Below, piece after piece: positions 9,991 through 20,495 of a stretch of DNA of 64,000 nt. A program made the translations under genes and the position numbers. The number at the start of each line of letters is the position of its first letter. Position 1 is the stretch's first letter. The notes beneath the pieces were generated by a model. It was not told where the DNA came from and ran no database searches. It saw only the letters and a list, made by a program, of their open reading frames with translations. The stretch lies in the NCBI RefSeq assembly GCF_058153355.1, contig NZ_CM177019.1; one strand, given 5' to 3'.

Positions 9991-10891
9991 TCTCCTGCGG
10001 TACGACCGATTTCGCCAGCAACCATTCACGAAATTGCTGCAAGTGCGGCGAGTCAGACTTCTCTTCCTGCCACGTCATAATAAAACGATTACCGGTACGA
10101 ATAGGCACATCACAGGGAATCACCATATCGCCACTATCCAAATCATGTTGAATAGCGAACCGTGGTAACAGCGCCACGCCGAGATTAGAGCGCACGGCGG
10201 CAATCAGCATTGAAAGCAAATCGAAACGTGGTCCGTTATTGACCAGCGGACTGCTAACGCCAGATAAAGCAAACCACTCTTCCCAGCCAGTAATACGGGT
10301 GCTTTGATGCAGAAGTGGTAACTCAGTAAGCAGTTCTGCCACTGAAAGTTTTTGATCGGACATTGCAAGCAAACTGCCGCTGCATACCGGCAAAATCTCC
10401 TCTTCAAAGAGATATTCTACTTCCGCCCAGGGCGCGCAAAAATTTTCGCGCATAATGACAGCATCGTACTCCCGATTAAGAAAATCGCCGTTATTAGCTA
10501 AAGAATGAATATTAACAATAATATCGGGATGTAACTTTGTGAATTCATGTAAATTTGGGATTAACCAGTGGGTACTAAACGTAGGATTAACGGCAAGTTC
10601 AATAACCTGAACCGTAGGCTGCCAGGTCATAATCGTATTGGTATCGCGTTCCAGCTTATTTAATGTTTCTTTTACTATCCCCAGGTAATACTTCCCTGCA
10701 TCATTAAGAAAAATGCGTTTTTTAGAGTGTGAAAATAGCGGAGTATGTAAAAATTCCTCCAGCGCACTTACTTGTCTGAATACAGCACTTTGGGTTAACG
10801 CTAACTCCTCTGCCGCTCTGGTATAGCTTTCATGACGTGCGACGACCTCAAAAGTCACCAGCAGCTCCGTTTTAGGTATTTTTCCTCGCAT
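9986..10891 (-). CDS. LysR-family transcriptional regulator
   Basis: N-terminal helix-turn-helix typical of LysR regulators (TFEVVARHESYTRAAEELALTQSAVFRQV). Start could instead be the upstream ATG at 10921. Confidence 0.85.
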   Translation of the reverse strand: MRGKIPKTELLVTFEVVARHESYTRAAEELALTQSAVFRQVSALEEFLHTPLFSHSKKRIFLNDAGKYYLGIVKETLNKLERDTNTIMTWQPTVQVIELAVNPTFSTHWLIPNLHEFTKLHPDIIVNIHSLANNGDFLNREYDAVIMRENFCAPWAEVEYLFEEEILPVCSGSLLAMSDQKLSVAELLTELPLLHQSTRITGWEEWFALSGVSSPLVNNGPRFDLLSMLIAAVRSNLGVALLPRFAIQHDLDSGDMVIPCDVPIRTGNRFIMTWQEEKSDSPHLQQFREWLLAKSVVPQEM

Positions 10892-11480
10892 AATGCCGTC
10901 CGTGAAAAAATAACAATTCAAAAATTATTTTATAAAAAACAGTAGCACTAATGAATATCATAATTCAAATAAACAAACCAGTCAGCTATATGTCTAACCA
11001 GGAAAATAAAGTGACAATAATCCTAAAACAGGAATTTCACCTCAGTTATCCGCATGCAATACTTTAAAGCTATTATTGCAAGAATATTATTCATATACAT
11101 GAATATACTCTAAATAAGTCAAGTTGCAGGAAGGGAACAAATAATGAATTTCCAGAAGCTTACATAAGTAAGTGACCTGGGTGAGCGAACATCGATGCAG
11201 CACATGCAACTTGAATTATGACAAGTATACAATGATAAATTTATATACCCTATGTTATATATTATCTATGTCCGGTTAGATTGAATGAGTCATAGCCTTA
11301 AAAGACTTCACAAAAGATAATTCCTCTTTAACAATAAGCCAGATTTACCACTTGTAAAACTTGCTATCGCCACATACACTACGCGCGTTTTCTTTCCCTT
11401 TTGCTGGCTGCTGACCGGAAAGACAAAATTACCCTCGCAATACAGGGGGTTGATTAACGTCTATATTTCAGGACAGCGTT
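10892..11480. promoter_or_regulatory. AT-rich divergent intergenic region between the LysR gene and the RtcB-like gene
   Basis: About 590 bp of strongly AT-rich non-coding DNA between divergently oriented genes. Confidence 0.5.
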
Positions 11481-12878
11481 ATGCATCATCTTTCAAGGCT
11501 TGATAAAGCCTTTCTGCGCAAAGGGATCCAACTTTCCCGCGCCAACAATATTGTTTCATTATGTCGTCCATCAGGAGCCAGTGCCCGCGTACTGCTGCCG
11601 GACGAACTGCCGCTGGAAGAAAAAGCAGTAACACAACTGCTTGATTTTGCAGAAGTGAAGCTACCAGACCACCCAGGTTATGTGCGCCAGACGTGCGCGA
11701 CGCCAGATTTTCATCCCGGCAATGGCGTCCCCGTTGGCGCGGTGGTGGCCTCAACGCCGGATTTAGTCATTCCCGCCGCCATCGGCACCGATATTTCTTG
11801 TGGCATGCGGCTGCTGACGACCGGATTAACACTTGAGCAAGCCGAAGCGCATAAAGACGTCATCGCTCAGCGGTTAACGCAAGTGCTACTGCAAAATGAG
11901 CGCGATGTTCCGTTATCCGCACAGGCGTTCACCGCGCTTTTTGATGGCGGACCGGCAGATTGCGTGTCGACCTTGCCATCAGCAGGTCTCTGGACACGCA
12001 CGAATATCCCCCGAATGGTACAAGAGATTGACCGCTGCATTGGGCTTAACGAGCATAACAGTCATTCGCGTTATGCCCCACCCGCCCTGCTGGCAACGGA
12101 CCGCGCATTACTCCGCGATCCTTGTCTTGGTACGCCGGGTTCAGGTAATCATTTTATTGAACTTCAGGTCGTTGATAGCGTGGTTGATCGCCATGTAGCC
12201 TGGCAACAAGGGCTGAAAACAGGCGATATTGTGGTGATGATCCACAGTGGATCGCGAGATGTTGGCTTTTACGTCGGAAGACGCTGGATGGATCGCGCCC
12301 GTGCTGAATGGCCCACCGGACATAAACATCCACAAAGCGGGTTATATGGTCTGGCAGGCGGACTGGCGGAGGAATATCTACAAGCGATAGGAATGGCGGC
12401 GCGTTACGCGTGGTTAAATCGCGTGACAATTGCCGAAATGGTGCGCGTATGTCTTGCCAATCTCTTTCATCAGGACAATTCGCATCTGGTGGTGGATGTG
12501 CCACATAACATCATCCTTCGCGAGCATGAAATGAATATTCATCGCAAAGGCGCAACACCGGCACGAGTGGGCAATCTGGCGTTAATCCCCGGTTCAATGG
12601 GCGATTATTCGTGGCTTGCGGTAGGTTGCGGCAACCCGGAGTGGCTGTGGTCTTGCAGTCACGGAGCAGGACGCAGCCAGCGTCGGCAGGCCATGCGCTC
12701 ACGCGCGACTGAAGAGTCAACGTTGCCGTGGCAATGCGTCACATTGCGCGAAGAACGGCGTATTGAAGAAGCGCCAGCTGCTTATAAAGATATTGGTCCG
12801 GTTATCGAAGCCCAACAAGAGGCCGGATTAATTCATCCAGCGGTTAGATTCCGACCGTGGTTAACGTTTAAAGCATAA
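11481..12878 (+). CDS. RtcB-family RNA ligase-like protein (orphan paralog)
   Basis: 465-aa ORF with RtcB hallmark motifs (DISCGMR, GSGNHFIE, HSGSRDVG, CSHGAGR). No rtcA or rtcR gene adjacent. Confidence 0.75.
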   Translation: MHHLSRLDKAFLRKGIQLSRANNIVSLCRPSGASARVLLPDELPLEEKAVTQLLDFAEVKLPDHPGYVRQTCATPDFHPGNGVPVGAVVASTPDLVIPAAIGTDISCGMRLLTTGLTLEQAEAHKDVIAQRLTQVLLQNERDVPLSAQAFTALFDGGPADCVSTLPSAGLWTRTNIPRMVQEIDRCIGLNEHNSHSRYAPPALLATDRALLRDPCLGTPGSGNHFIELQVVDSVVDRHVAWQQGLKTGDIVVMIHSGSRDVGFYVGRRWMDRARAEWPTGHKHPQSGLYGLAGGLAEEYLQAIGMAARYAWLNRVTIAEMVRVCLANLFHQDNSHLVVDVPHNIILREHEMNIHRKGATPARVGNLALIPGSMGDYSWLAVGCGNPEWLWSCSHGAGRSQRRQAMRSRATEESTLPWQCVTLREERRIEEAPAAYKDIGPVIEAQQEAGLIHPAVRFRPWLTFKA

Positions 12879-12975
12879 AAAAGGCCATCATACGATGGCC
12901 AACCATGTCGAAACCGACAGCCCTTCGCCATTCCTGTAGAGGGAAGCGGCGAGGGCTATTTCTTATTACAGATAT
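12875..12975 (-). ncRNA. sdhX: sucD 3' UTR ending in an intrinsic terminator; expected position of the SdhX (RybD) sRNA
   Basis: Hairpin ggccatc-gtatg-gatggcc followed by a U-tract on the minus strand immediately after the sucD stop. The sRNA identity is from position only; its sequence was not verified. Confidence 0.5.
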
Positions 12976-13845
12976 TTATTTCAGAACAGTTTTCAGTGCT
13001 TCACCGATATCCGCCAGGCTGCGAACGGTTTTCACGCCTGCGGCTTCCAGAGCAGCAAATTTCTCATCCGCAGTCCCTTTCCCACCGGCAATGATGGCAC
13101 CCGCGTGGCCCATACGTTTGCCTTTCGGCGCAGTTACACCAGCGATGTAACCTACAACTGGCTTGGTAACGTGCTCTTTGATGTACGCAGCCGCTTCTTC
13201 TTCAGCGCTACCGCCGATCTCACCGATCATCACGATCGCTTCGGTCTGCGGATCTTTTTCGAACATTTCGAGGATGTCGATAAAGTTAGAGCCTGGGATC
13301 GGGTCGCCGCCGATACCGACACAGGTCGACTGACCGAAACCGTAATCCGTGGTCTGTTTAACCGCTTCATAGGTCAGTGTACCGGAACGGGAAACGATAC
13401 CCACTTTACCCGGTTTGTGAATGTGACCAGGCTGGATGCCGATTTTACATTCACCCGGAGTGATAACGCCTGGGCAGTTCGGGCCGATCATGCGTACGCC
13501 AGCTTCGTCCAGTTTCACTTTCACCGTCAGCATATCCAGCGTCGGGATGCCTTCAGTGATGGTGATAATCAGTTTGATACCTGCGTCGATGGCTTCCAGA
13601 ATGGAGTCTTTGCAGAACGGAGCCGGTACGTAGATAACAGAAGCGGTAGCGCCAGTGGCAGCAACGGCTTCACGCACAGTGTTGAACACCGGCAGACCGA
13701 GGTGGGTAGTACCGCCTTTACCAGGGGTTACGCCGCCAACCATTTTAGTGCCGTATGCAATGGCCTGTTCAGAGTGGAAAGTCCCCTGGCTACCAGTAAA
13801 GCCCTGGCAGATAACCTTGGTGTTTTTATCAATTAAAATGGACAT
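12976..13845 (-). CDS. sucD: Succinyl-CoA synthetase alpha subunit
   Basis: 289-aa ORF matching SucD. Confidence 0.97.
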
Positions 13846-15011
13846 TATTTCCCCTCCACTGCGGCAACAACCTGCTGAGCTGCATCCGTCAGACCTTTTG
13901 CTGCAATAATATTCAGGCCGCTGTCAGCCAGTTTCTTCGCGCCGAGTTCGGCGTTGTTACCTTCCAGACGTACCACGACCGGTACGTTAACACCCACTTC
14001 CGCTACCGCGCCGATGATACCGTCAGCGATCAGGTCGCAACGAACGATACCGCCGAAGATGTTAACCAGAACGGCTTTCACTTTGTCGTCAGAGAGGATG
14101 ATTTTGAATGCTTCGGTTACACGTTCTTTGGTTGCGCCACCGCCAACGTCCAGGAAGTTAGCCGGTTCGCCGCCGTGCAGTTTAACGATGTCCATGGTGC
14201 CCATCGCCAGACCTGCGCCGTTAACCATACAACCGATGTTACCGTCCAGCGCAACGTAGTTCAGTTCCCACTGTGCAGCCTGTGCTTCACGTGGATCTTC
14301 CTGCGACTGGTCGCGCATTTCACGCAGATCAGGCTGGCGGAACAGTGCGTTGCCATCAGCACCCAGTTTACCGTCGAGGCAGATCAGATCGCCCTGTTTG
14401 GTAATAACCAGCGGGTTAATTTCGATAAGAGCAAGGTCGCGCTCAAGGAAAATGGTCGCCAGACCCATGAAAATTTTGGTGAACTGTTGAACCAGTTTAC
14501 CTTCCAGGCCCAGTTTGAACGCCAGCTCACGCCCCTGATACGGCATCGGGCCAGTCAGCGGATCAAGCGCAACTTTGTGGATCAGGTGCGGAGTTTCTTC
14601 CGCCACTTTTTCGATTTCCACGCCGCCTTCAGTGGAGGCCATAAAGACCACGCGACGGGAACTACGGTCTACAACGGCACCAAGATACAGCTCTTTAGCG
14701 ATATCGGTCGCTGCTTCAACCAGAATCTGGTTAACCGGTTGGCCATTAGCATCTGTTTGATACGTTACCAGACGCTTGCCCAGCCAGTTTTCTGCAAAAG
14801 CACGGATGTCTTCTTTGCTGTTTACAACTTTCACACCGCCCGCTTTACCGCGGCCACCAGCGTGAACCTGACATTTCACTACCCACGGACCGGCACCGAT
14901 TTTTGAAGCGGCTTCTTCTGCTTCGCGTGGAGTAGTACAGGCATAACCCACCGGTGCTGGTAAGCCATAGCGGGCAAAAAGTTGTTTTGCCTGATATTCA
15001 TGTAAGTTCAT
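13845..15011 (-). CDS. sucC: Succinyl-CoA synthetase beta subunit
   Basis: 388-aa ORF starting [16 protein letters not shown]; stop overlaps the sucD start. Confidence 0.97.
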
Positions 15012-15089
15012 GTGTTCTGTCCATCCTTCAGTAATCGTTATCTTTTAAACCGTAGACCGAATATTTCGTATCGCTTCCGGGTATTGTCG

Positions 15090-15275
15090 GTCACCCGTAG
15101 GCCTGATAAGACGCGCAAGCGTCGCATCAGGCATCGCGTGTCGGATGCGGCGCGAGCGCCTTATCCGACCTACATTGATGGTCCCCGTAGGCCTGATAAG
15201 ACGCGTCAGCGTCGCATCAGGCTTCAATTGCCGGAGAAAGCGATAATGCCTCATCCGGTCTACAGTGCAGGTGAA
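15090..15275. repeat. REP/BIME palindromic elements in the sucB-sucC intergenic region
   Basis: Repeated gcctgataagacgcg...cgtcgcatcaggc and ggatgcggcg palindromic units. Confidence 0.8.
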
Positions 15276-15285
15276 ACTTAAACTA

Positions 15286-16503
15286 CTACACGTCCAGCAG
15301 CAGACGCGTCGGATCTTCCAGCAACTCTTTGATCGTTACCAGGAAGCCCACGGACTCGCGACCATCGATCAGACGGTGATCGTAGGACAGCGCCAGGTAC
15401 ATCATCGGCAGGATCTCAACCTGACCATTCACTGCCATCGGACGATCTTTGATAGCGTGCATACCCAGAATTGCGCTCTGCGGCGGGTTGATGATAGGCG
15501 TAGACATCAGGGAACCGAACACACCACCGTTGGTGATGGTGAAGTTACCACCGGTCAGATCCTCAACCGTCAGCTTGCCGTCACGGCCTTTAACTGCCAG
15601 CTCTTTAATTTTCTTCTCGATGTCTGCCATGCCGAGGGTATCGACATCACGCAGAACCGGCGTCACCAGGCCGCGCGGGGTCGATACCGCCATGCTGACG
15701 TCGAAATAGTTGTGGTAAACCACATCATCGCCGTCGATAGAAGCATTCACTTCCGGGTAACGTTTCAGGGCTTCAACCACCGCTTTCACGTAGAAGGACA
15801 TAAAGCCCAGACGGATGCCGTGACGTTTTTCAAACGCTTCACCATACTGCTTACGCAGATCCATAATCGGCTTCATGTTGACTTCGTTGAACGTGGTCAG
15901 CATGGCAGTAGAGTTTTTCGCTTCCAGCAGACGCTCTGCCACACGCTTACGCAGGCGAGTCATCGGAACACGTTTTTCGCTACGTGCAGCCAGAGCCGGT
16001 TGCGCCGCCGTAGTAGCTGCTGCCGGTGCAGACTCTTTCGCCGGGGCTTTCGCCAGATGTTTTTCCACATCTTCACGGGTCAGACGACCACCTACACCGG
16101 TGCCTTTAATGGCGCTGGCATCAAGATTGTGTTCAGCCAGCAGGCGACGGATCGCCGGGCTTAAGGCATCGTTGTTTTGCTCTTCCAGAGACGCCTGTTG
16201 GCGTTGTGCCGGAGTGGACGCTTTCTCTTCAGATTTGGCGCTGGTTTCTTTACCGGCGCTGTTGCCTTCACGCAGGCGACCAAGGATCTGACGAGACGTT
16301 ACGGTTGTACCTTCATCTTCCAGAACCGCATCCAGAATGCCGTCTGCTGATGCCGGTACTTCCAGTACCACTTTGTCAGTTTCGATTTCTACCAGCACTT
16401 CATCACGTACGACTGCGTCGCCGGGTTTTTTATGCCAGGTTGCGACGGTGGCATCGGCTACGGATTCAGGCAGGTCAGGGACCAGAATATCTACGCTACT
16501 CAT
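15286..16503 (-). CDS. sucB: Dihydrolipoyllysine succinyltransferase (2-oxoglutarate dehydrogenase E2)
   Basis: 405-aa ORF with lipoyl domain and Ala/Pro-rich linkers. Confidence 0.97.
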   Translation of the reverse strand: MSSVDILVPDLPESVADATVATWHKKPGDAVVRDEVLVEIETDKVVLEVPASADGILDAVLEDEGTTVTSRQILGRLREGNSAGKETSAKSEEKASTPAQRQQASLEEQNNDALSPAIRRLLAEHNLDASAIKGTGVGGRLTREDVEKHLAKAPAKESAPAAATTAAQPALAARSEKRVPMTRLRKRVAERLLEAKNSTAMLTTFNEVNMKPIMDLRKQYGEAFEKRHGIRLGFMSFYVKAVVEALKRYPEVNASIDGDDVVYHNYFDVSMAVSTPRGLVTPVLRDVDTLGMADIEKKIKELAVKGRDGKLTVEDLTGGNFTITNGGVFGSLMSTPIINPPQSAILGMHAIKDRPMAVNGQVEILPMMYLALSYDHRLIDGRESVGFLVTIKELLEDPTRLLLDV

Positions 16504-16517
16504 TGTGTATCCTTTAT

Positions 16518-19319
16518 TTATTCGACGTTCAGCGCGTCATTAACCAGATCTTGTTGCTGTTTCTGGTGAACGGACATATACCCTACCGCCGGAGAGGCGG
16601 AGGCCGGGCGGCCTGCATAACGCAGAGAAGCCCCAAACGGAATCACTTCACGGAAATGATGCTGGCTGCAGTACCATGCGCCCTGGTTGAGCGGCTCTTC
16701 CTGGCACCAGACAAAATCCTTGACGTGAGCAAACTGCTGCAACACTTCCTGCATCGCTTTATGCGGGAACGGGTAGAGTTGCTCGATACGCACAATGGCG
16801 ACATCGTGTTGATTGTTCTTACGACGTTGTTCCAGCAGGTCGTAATAAACCTTACCAGAACACATCACTACACGCTTAACGCCCTTCGGATCAAGCTCGT
16901 CGATTTCACCGATGGCTGGCAGGAAGGTGCCGTTCGCCAGTTCTTCGAGGCTGGAAACCGCCAGCGGATGACGCAGCAGGGATTTCGGCGACATCACGAC
17001 CAGCGGACGACGCATCCCGCGCAGCGCCTGACGACGCAGCATGTGGTAAACCTGTGCCGGGGTAGACGGTACGCACACCTGCATGTTTTGCTCAGCGCAA
17101 AGTTGCAGATAACGTTCCAGACGCGCGGAGGAGTGCTCCGGCCCCTGCCCTTCATACCCGTGCGGCAGCAGCATTACCAGACCACACATCCGGCCCCATT
17201 TCTGTTCGCCAGAGGAGATGAACTGGTCGATAACCACCTGCGCACCGTTGGCAAAGTCACCAAACTGCGCTTCCCAGATGGTCAGCGTGCGCGGCTCTGC
17301 GGTGGCATAACCGTATTCAAACGCCAGCACTGCTTCTTCAGACAGTACGGAGTCCCAGACGCGGAACGCGCCCTGACCATTATGGATATGTTGCAGGGGC
17401 GTGTAAGTGGAACCGTTGGACTGGTTGTGGATCACCGCATGGCGATGGAAGAAGGTACCGCGACCGGAGTCTTCACCCGACAGGCGGACCGGAATGCCTT
17501 CATCAACCAGCGTGGCGTAAGCGAGGTTTTCCGCGCCGCCCCAGTCGAACAGTTTCTCACCGGCAGCCATTGCCTGGCGATCGCCATAAATTTTGGCAAC
17601 GCGAGACTGCATTTCAACCGCTTCCGGCACCGTACTGATACGTTTAGCCAGTTCCTGCAGGCGCTTCATCTCAACTTTGTTCGGGTACTCTTCGTCCCAT
17701 TCGTGGTTGAGGTACGGCGACCAGGTGAAAGAGTGCATGTTCATCGGACGCCACTCTGCTACCACGCAATCGCCAGCATCCAGCGCATCACGGTACAGGT
17801 TAACCATCTCGGTGGCATCTTCCAGCGTCACGACTTTTTCCTGCTCCAGCTTGTCAGCGTAGATTTTGCGCGGCGTCGGATGTTTTTTGATTTTCTGATA
17901 CATCAGCGGCTGAGTTGCACTCGGCTCGTCGGCTTCGTTGTGGCCGTGACGGCGGTAGCACACCAGGTCGATGAAGACATCACGTTTAAAGGTGTTACGG
18001 AAATCGAGCGCCAGACGGGTCACAAAGGCAACGGCTTCCGGATCATCCGCATTAACGTGGAAAATCGGTGCCTGTACCATCTTGCCGATATCAGTACAGT
18101 ACGGCGTAGAACGGGCATCCAGCGGGTTAGAGGTAGTGAAACCAACCTGGTTGTTGATAACGATACGTACCGTACCGCCAACTTCATAACCACGCGCTTT
18201 CGACATGTTCAGGGTTTCCTGAACCACGCCCTGCCCGGTCACTGCGGCATCACCGTGGATGGTGATTGGCAGCACTTTGTTGCTGCTCGGCTCATCGAGT
18301 CTGTCCAGACGGGCGCGAACAGAACCGATAACTACCGGGCTTACAATCTCAAGGTGAGACGGGTTAAACGCCAGCGCCAGGTGAACCAGGCCGCCATCGG
18401 TCTGGAAGTCAGACGAGAAGCCCATGTGGTATTTCACGTCGCCCGTGCCGAGGTGTTCTTTATGTTTACCGGCAAACTCGTCGAACAAGTCTTGCGGTTT
18501 TTTACCCAGCACGTTAACCAGCACGTTCAGACGACCACGGTGCGCCATCCCGAGAACCACTTCACGGGTGCCGCTATTGCCAGCATGGCGGATCATCTCT
18601 TTAAGCATCGGGATTAACGCGTCACCGCCTTCCAGCGAGAAGCGTTTTGCGCCAGGGAATTTTGCGCCGAGGTAACGTTCAAGGCCTTCAGCGGCGGTCA
18701 GTTCGCTTAAGAAGCGTTTTTTCTCTTCGCTATTGAAAGTCGCGCGACCAGACTCGATACGCTGTTGGATCCAGCGTTTTTCTTCGGTGCTGGTAATGTG
18801 CATGTACTCGGCACCAATCGGGCCGCAGTAGGTTTGCTTGAGGGCTTCCAGCAGCTCGCCGAGTTTCATGGTTTCTTTGCCGCTGGCAAATGAACCGACG
18901 TTGAAGGTCTCCTGGAAGTCTGCTTCGGTCAGATCGTGGAAAGACGGATCCAGATCGGCCACTTTATCTTGCTGCCACAGTCCCAGCGGATCGAGATTCG
19001 CATGCTGGTGACCGCGGAAGCGGTATGCGTTAATGAGCTGCAGGACTTTAACCTGCTTCACATTGGTGTCAGGGTCGGAGATCGTTGAAGAGTAACGTGA
19101 AGCGTCTTTCGCCAGGCGGCGGAAATATTCACGCGTTTGAGAGTGGAATTGATCCGGTTTGACTCCCGTACCAGGTAACTGCTGGAACGTCGAACGCCAG
19201 TTAGCGTCAACCGAGTCAGGATCGGTTAAGAAGTCTTCATAGAGCTGTTCTATCCAGCTCTGGTTTGCGCCAGAGAGGTAAGAAGAGTCCAACCAGGCTT
19301 TCAAAGCGCTGTTCTGCAT
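16518..19319 (-). CDS. sucA: 2-Oxoglutarate dehydrogenase E1 component
   Basis: 933-aa ORF starting [17 protein letters not shown]. Confidence 0.97.
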   Translation of the reverse strand: MQNSALKAWLDSSYLSGANQSWIEQLYEDFLTDPDSVDANWRSTFQQLPGTGVKPDQFHSQTREYFRRLAKDASRYSSTISDPDTNVKQVKVLQLINAYRFRGHQHANLDPLGLWQQDKVADLDPSFHDLTEADFQETFNVGSFASGKETMKLGELLEALKQTYCGPIGAEYMHITSTEEKRWIQQRIESGRATFNSEEKKRFLSELTAAEGLERYLGAKFPGAKRFSLEGGDALIPMLKEMIRHAGNSGTREVVLGMAHRGRLNVLVNVLGKKPQDLFDEFAGKHKEHLGTGDVKYHMGFSSDFQTDGGLVHLALAFNPSHLEIVSPVVIGSVRARLDRLDEPSSNKVLPITIHGDAAVTGQGVVQETLNMSKARGYEVGGTVRIVINNQVGFTTSNPLDARSTPYCTDIGKMVQAPIFHVNADDPEAVAFVTRLALDFRNTFKRDVFIDLVCYRRHGHNEADEPSATQPLMYQKIKKHPTPRKIYADKLEQEKVVTLEDATEMVNLYRDALDAGDCVVAEWRPMNMHSFTWSPYLNHEWDEEYPNKVEMKRLQELAKRISTVPEAVEMQSRVAKIYGDRQAMAAGEKLFDWGGAENLAYATLVDEGIPVRLSGEDSGRGTFFHRHAVIHNQSNGSTYTPLQHIHNGQGAFRVWDSVLSEEAVLAFEYGYATAEPRTLTIWEAQFGDFANGAQVVIDQFISSGEQKWGRMCGLVMLLPHGYEGQGPEHSSARLERYLQLCAEQNMQVCVPSTPAQVYHMLRRQALRGMRRPLVVMSPKSLLRHPLAVSSLEELANGTFLPAIGEIDELDPKGVKRVVMCSGKVYYDLLEQRRKNNQHDVAIVRIEQLYPFPHKAMQEVLQQFAHVKDFVWCQEEPLNQGAWYCSQHHFREVIPFGASLRYAGRPASASPAVGYMSVHQKQQQDLVNDALNVE

Positions 19320-19476
19320 CGTGATCCCTTAAGCATCTTTTTTATGCTTACTTCGCCGTGGATACTACCACGCACAGTGATGTGCGTGCCGGGGTTCACT
19401 TGCGAGCTCTTGTCTACGTAGTGGCTCGCGAAGGAACCTTTAAAAACTGTCTTAGTGTCAGGGGCAGTTTTTAAAG

Positions 19477-19762
19477 ATTTCCTGCATTTCTTTTGTAGGC
19501 CGGATAAGGCGTTCACGCCGCATCCGGCGCTGTTTGCCTGATGCGACGCTTGCGCGTCTTATCAGGCCTACGATTCCTGCATTTCTTTTGTAGGCCGGAT
19601 AACGCATTCACGCCGCATCCGGCACTGGTTGCCTGATGCGACGCTTGCGCGTCTTATCAGGCCTACGATTTCTGCATTTCTTTTGTAGGCCGGATAAGGC
19701 GTTCACGCCGCATCCGGCACTGGTTGCCTGATGCGACGCTTGTGCGTCTTATCAGGCCTGGG
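19477..19762. repeat. Three tandem copies of a ~95-bp REP/BIME unit in the sdhB-sucA intergenic region
   Basis: Unit tctgcatttcttttgtaggccggataaggcgttcacgccgcatccggc...gcctgatgcgacgcttgcgcgtcttatcaggcctac repeated head-to-tail three times with a few substitutions. Confidence 0.85.
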
Positions 19763-19763
19763 T

Positions 19764-20480
19764 TTACGCATTACGCTGCAACAACATCGACTTGATATGG
19801 CCGATGGCGCGCGTCGGGTTCAGCCCCTTCGGACATACACTGACGCAGTTCATGATGCTGTGACAGCGGAATACGCTGAATGCATCGCTCAAACCGTCGA
19901 GGCGGCTGTCAGTCTCGGTATCACGGCTATCGATCAGGAAACGATATGCCGCTAACAAGCCTGCCGGGCCGATAAACTTATCGGGATTCCACCAGAAAGA
20001 CGGACAAGAGGTTGAACAACATGCGCAGAGAATACATTCATACAGCCCGTCGATTTTTTCGCGCTGCTCTGGCATCTGTAAATGCTCGCGAGCTGGCGGA
20101 TTTTGTCCATTATTCAACAGGTAAGGCTTAATTTTCTCATATTGCGCATAGAATTGTCCCATGTCTACCACCAAATCGCGGATCACCGGTAAACCTGGCA
20201 GCGGGCGAATCACAATCTTCTTGCCCGGCTGGTTGAGTGCCGAAATCGGGGTAATACAGGCCAGACCATTCTTACCGTTCATGTTCAGACCGTCGGAACC
20301 GCACACACCTTCACGGCAGGAGCGGCGGAACGACAGGCTGGGATCTTTCTCTTTCAACTGGATAAGCGCATCCAGCAGCATCATGTCGCGACCTTCTTCC
20401 GCTTCCAGGGTGTAATCCTGCATACGCGGAGCATCATCAACATCCGGGTTATAGCGATAAATTGAAAACTCGAGTCTCAT
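19764..20480 (-). CDS. sdhB: Succinate dehydrogenase iron-sulfur subunit
   Basis: 238-aa ORF with cysteine clusters for the Fe-S centres. Confidence 0.97.
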   Translation of the reverse strand: MRLEFSIYRYNPDVDDAPRMQDYTLEAEEGRDMMLLDALIQLKEKDPSLSFRRSCREGVCGSDGLNMNGKNGLACITPISALNQPGKKIVIRPLPGLPVIRDLVVDMGQFYAQYEKIKPYLLNNGQNPPAREHLQMPEQREKIDGLYECILCACCSTSCPSFWWNPDKFIGPAGLLAAYRFLIDSRDTETDSRLDGLSDAFSVFRCHSIMNCVSVCPKGLNPTRAIGHIKSMLLQRNA

Positions 20481-20495
20481 TTTCCTGTCTCCGCA

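Noticed and set aside
1-12878. Integrase, tRNA or direct-repeat boundary marking the glutamate island as a classical genomic island
   Set aside because: No integrase-like ORF, tRNA gene or flanking repeat is visible in the part of the island inside the window; the left boundary lies outside the window.
16206-18617. 803-aa plus-strand ORF (and similar long ORFs at 15265..16164, 14175..14906, 20595..21953, 13105..13836)
   Set aside because: They lie antisense to sucA, sucB, sucC, sdhA and sucD, which are unambiguous. The translations are Arg/His-rich low-complexity sequences typical of shadow ORFs in GC-rich coding DNA.
19477-19762. Possible CRISPR array (regular tandem repeats)
   Set aside because: The units are ~95-bp palindromic REP/BIME sequences repeated in full with no unique spacers, located in the intergenic region of a core operon.
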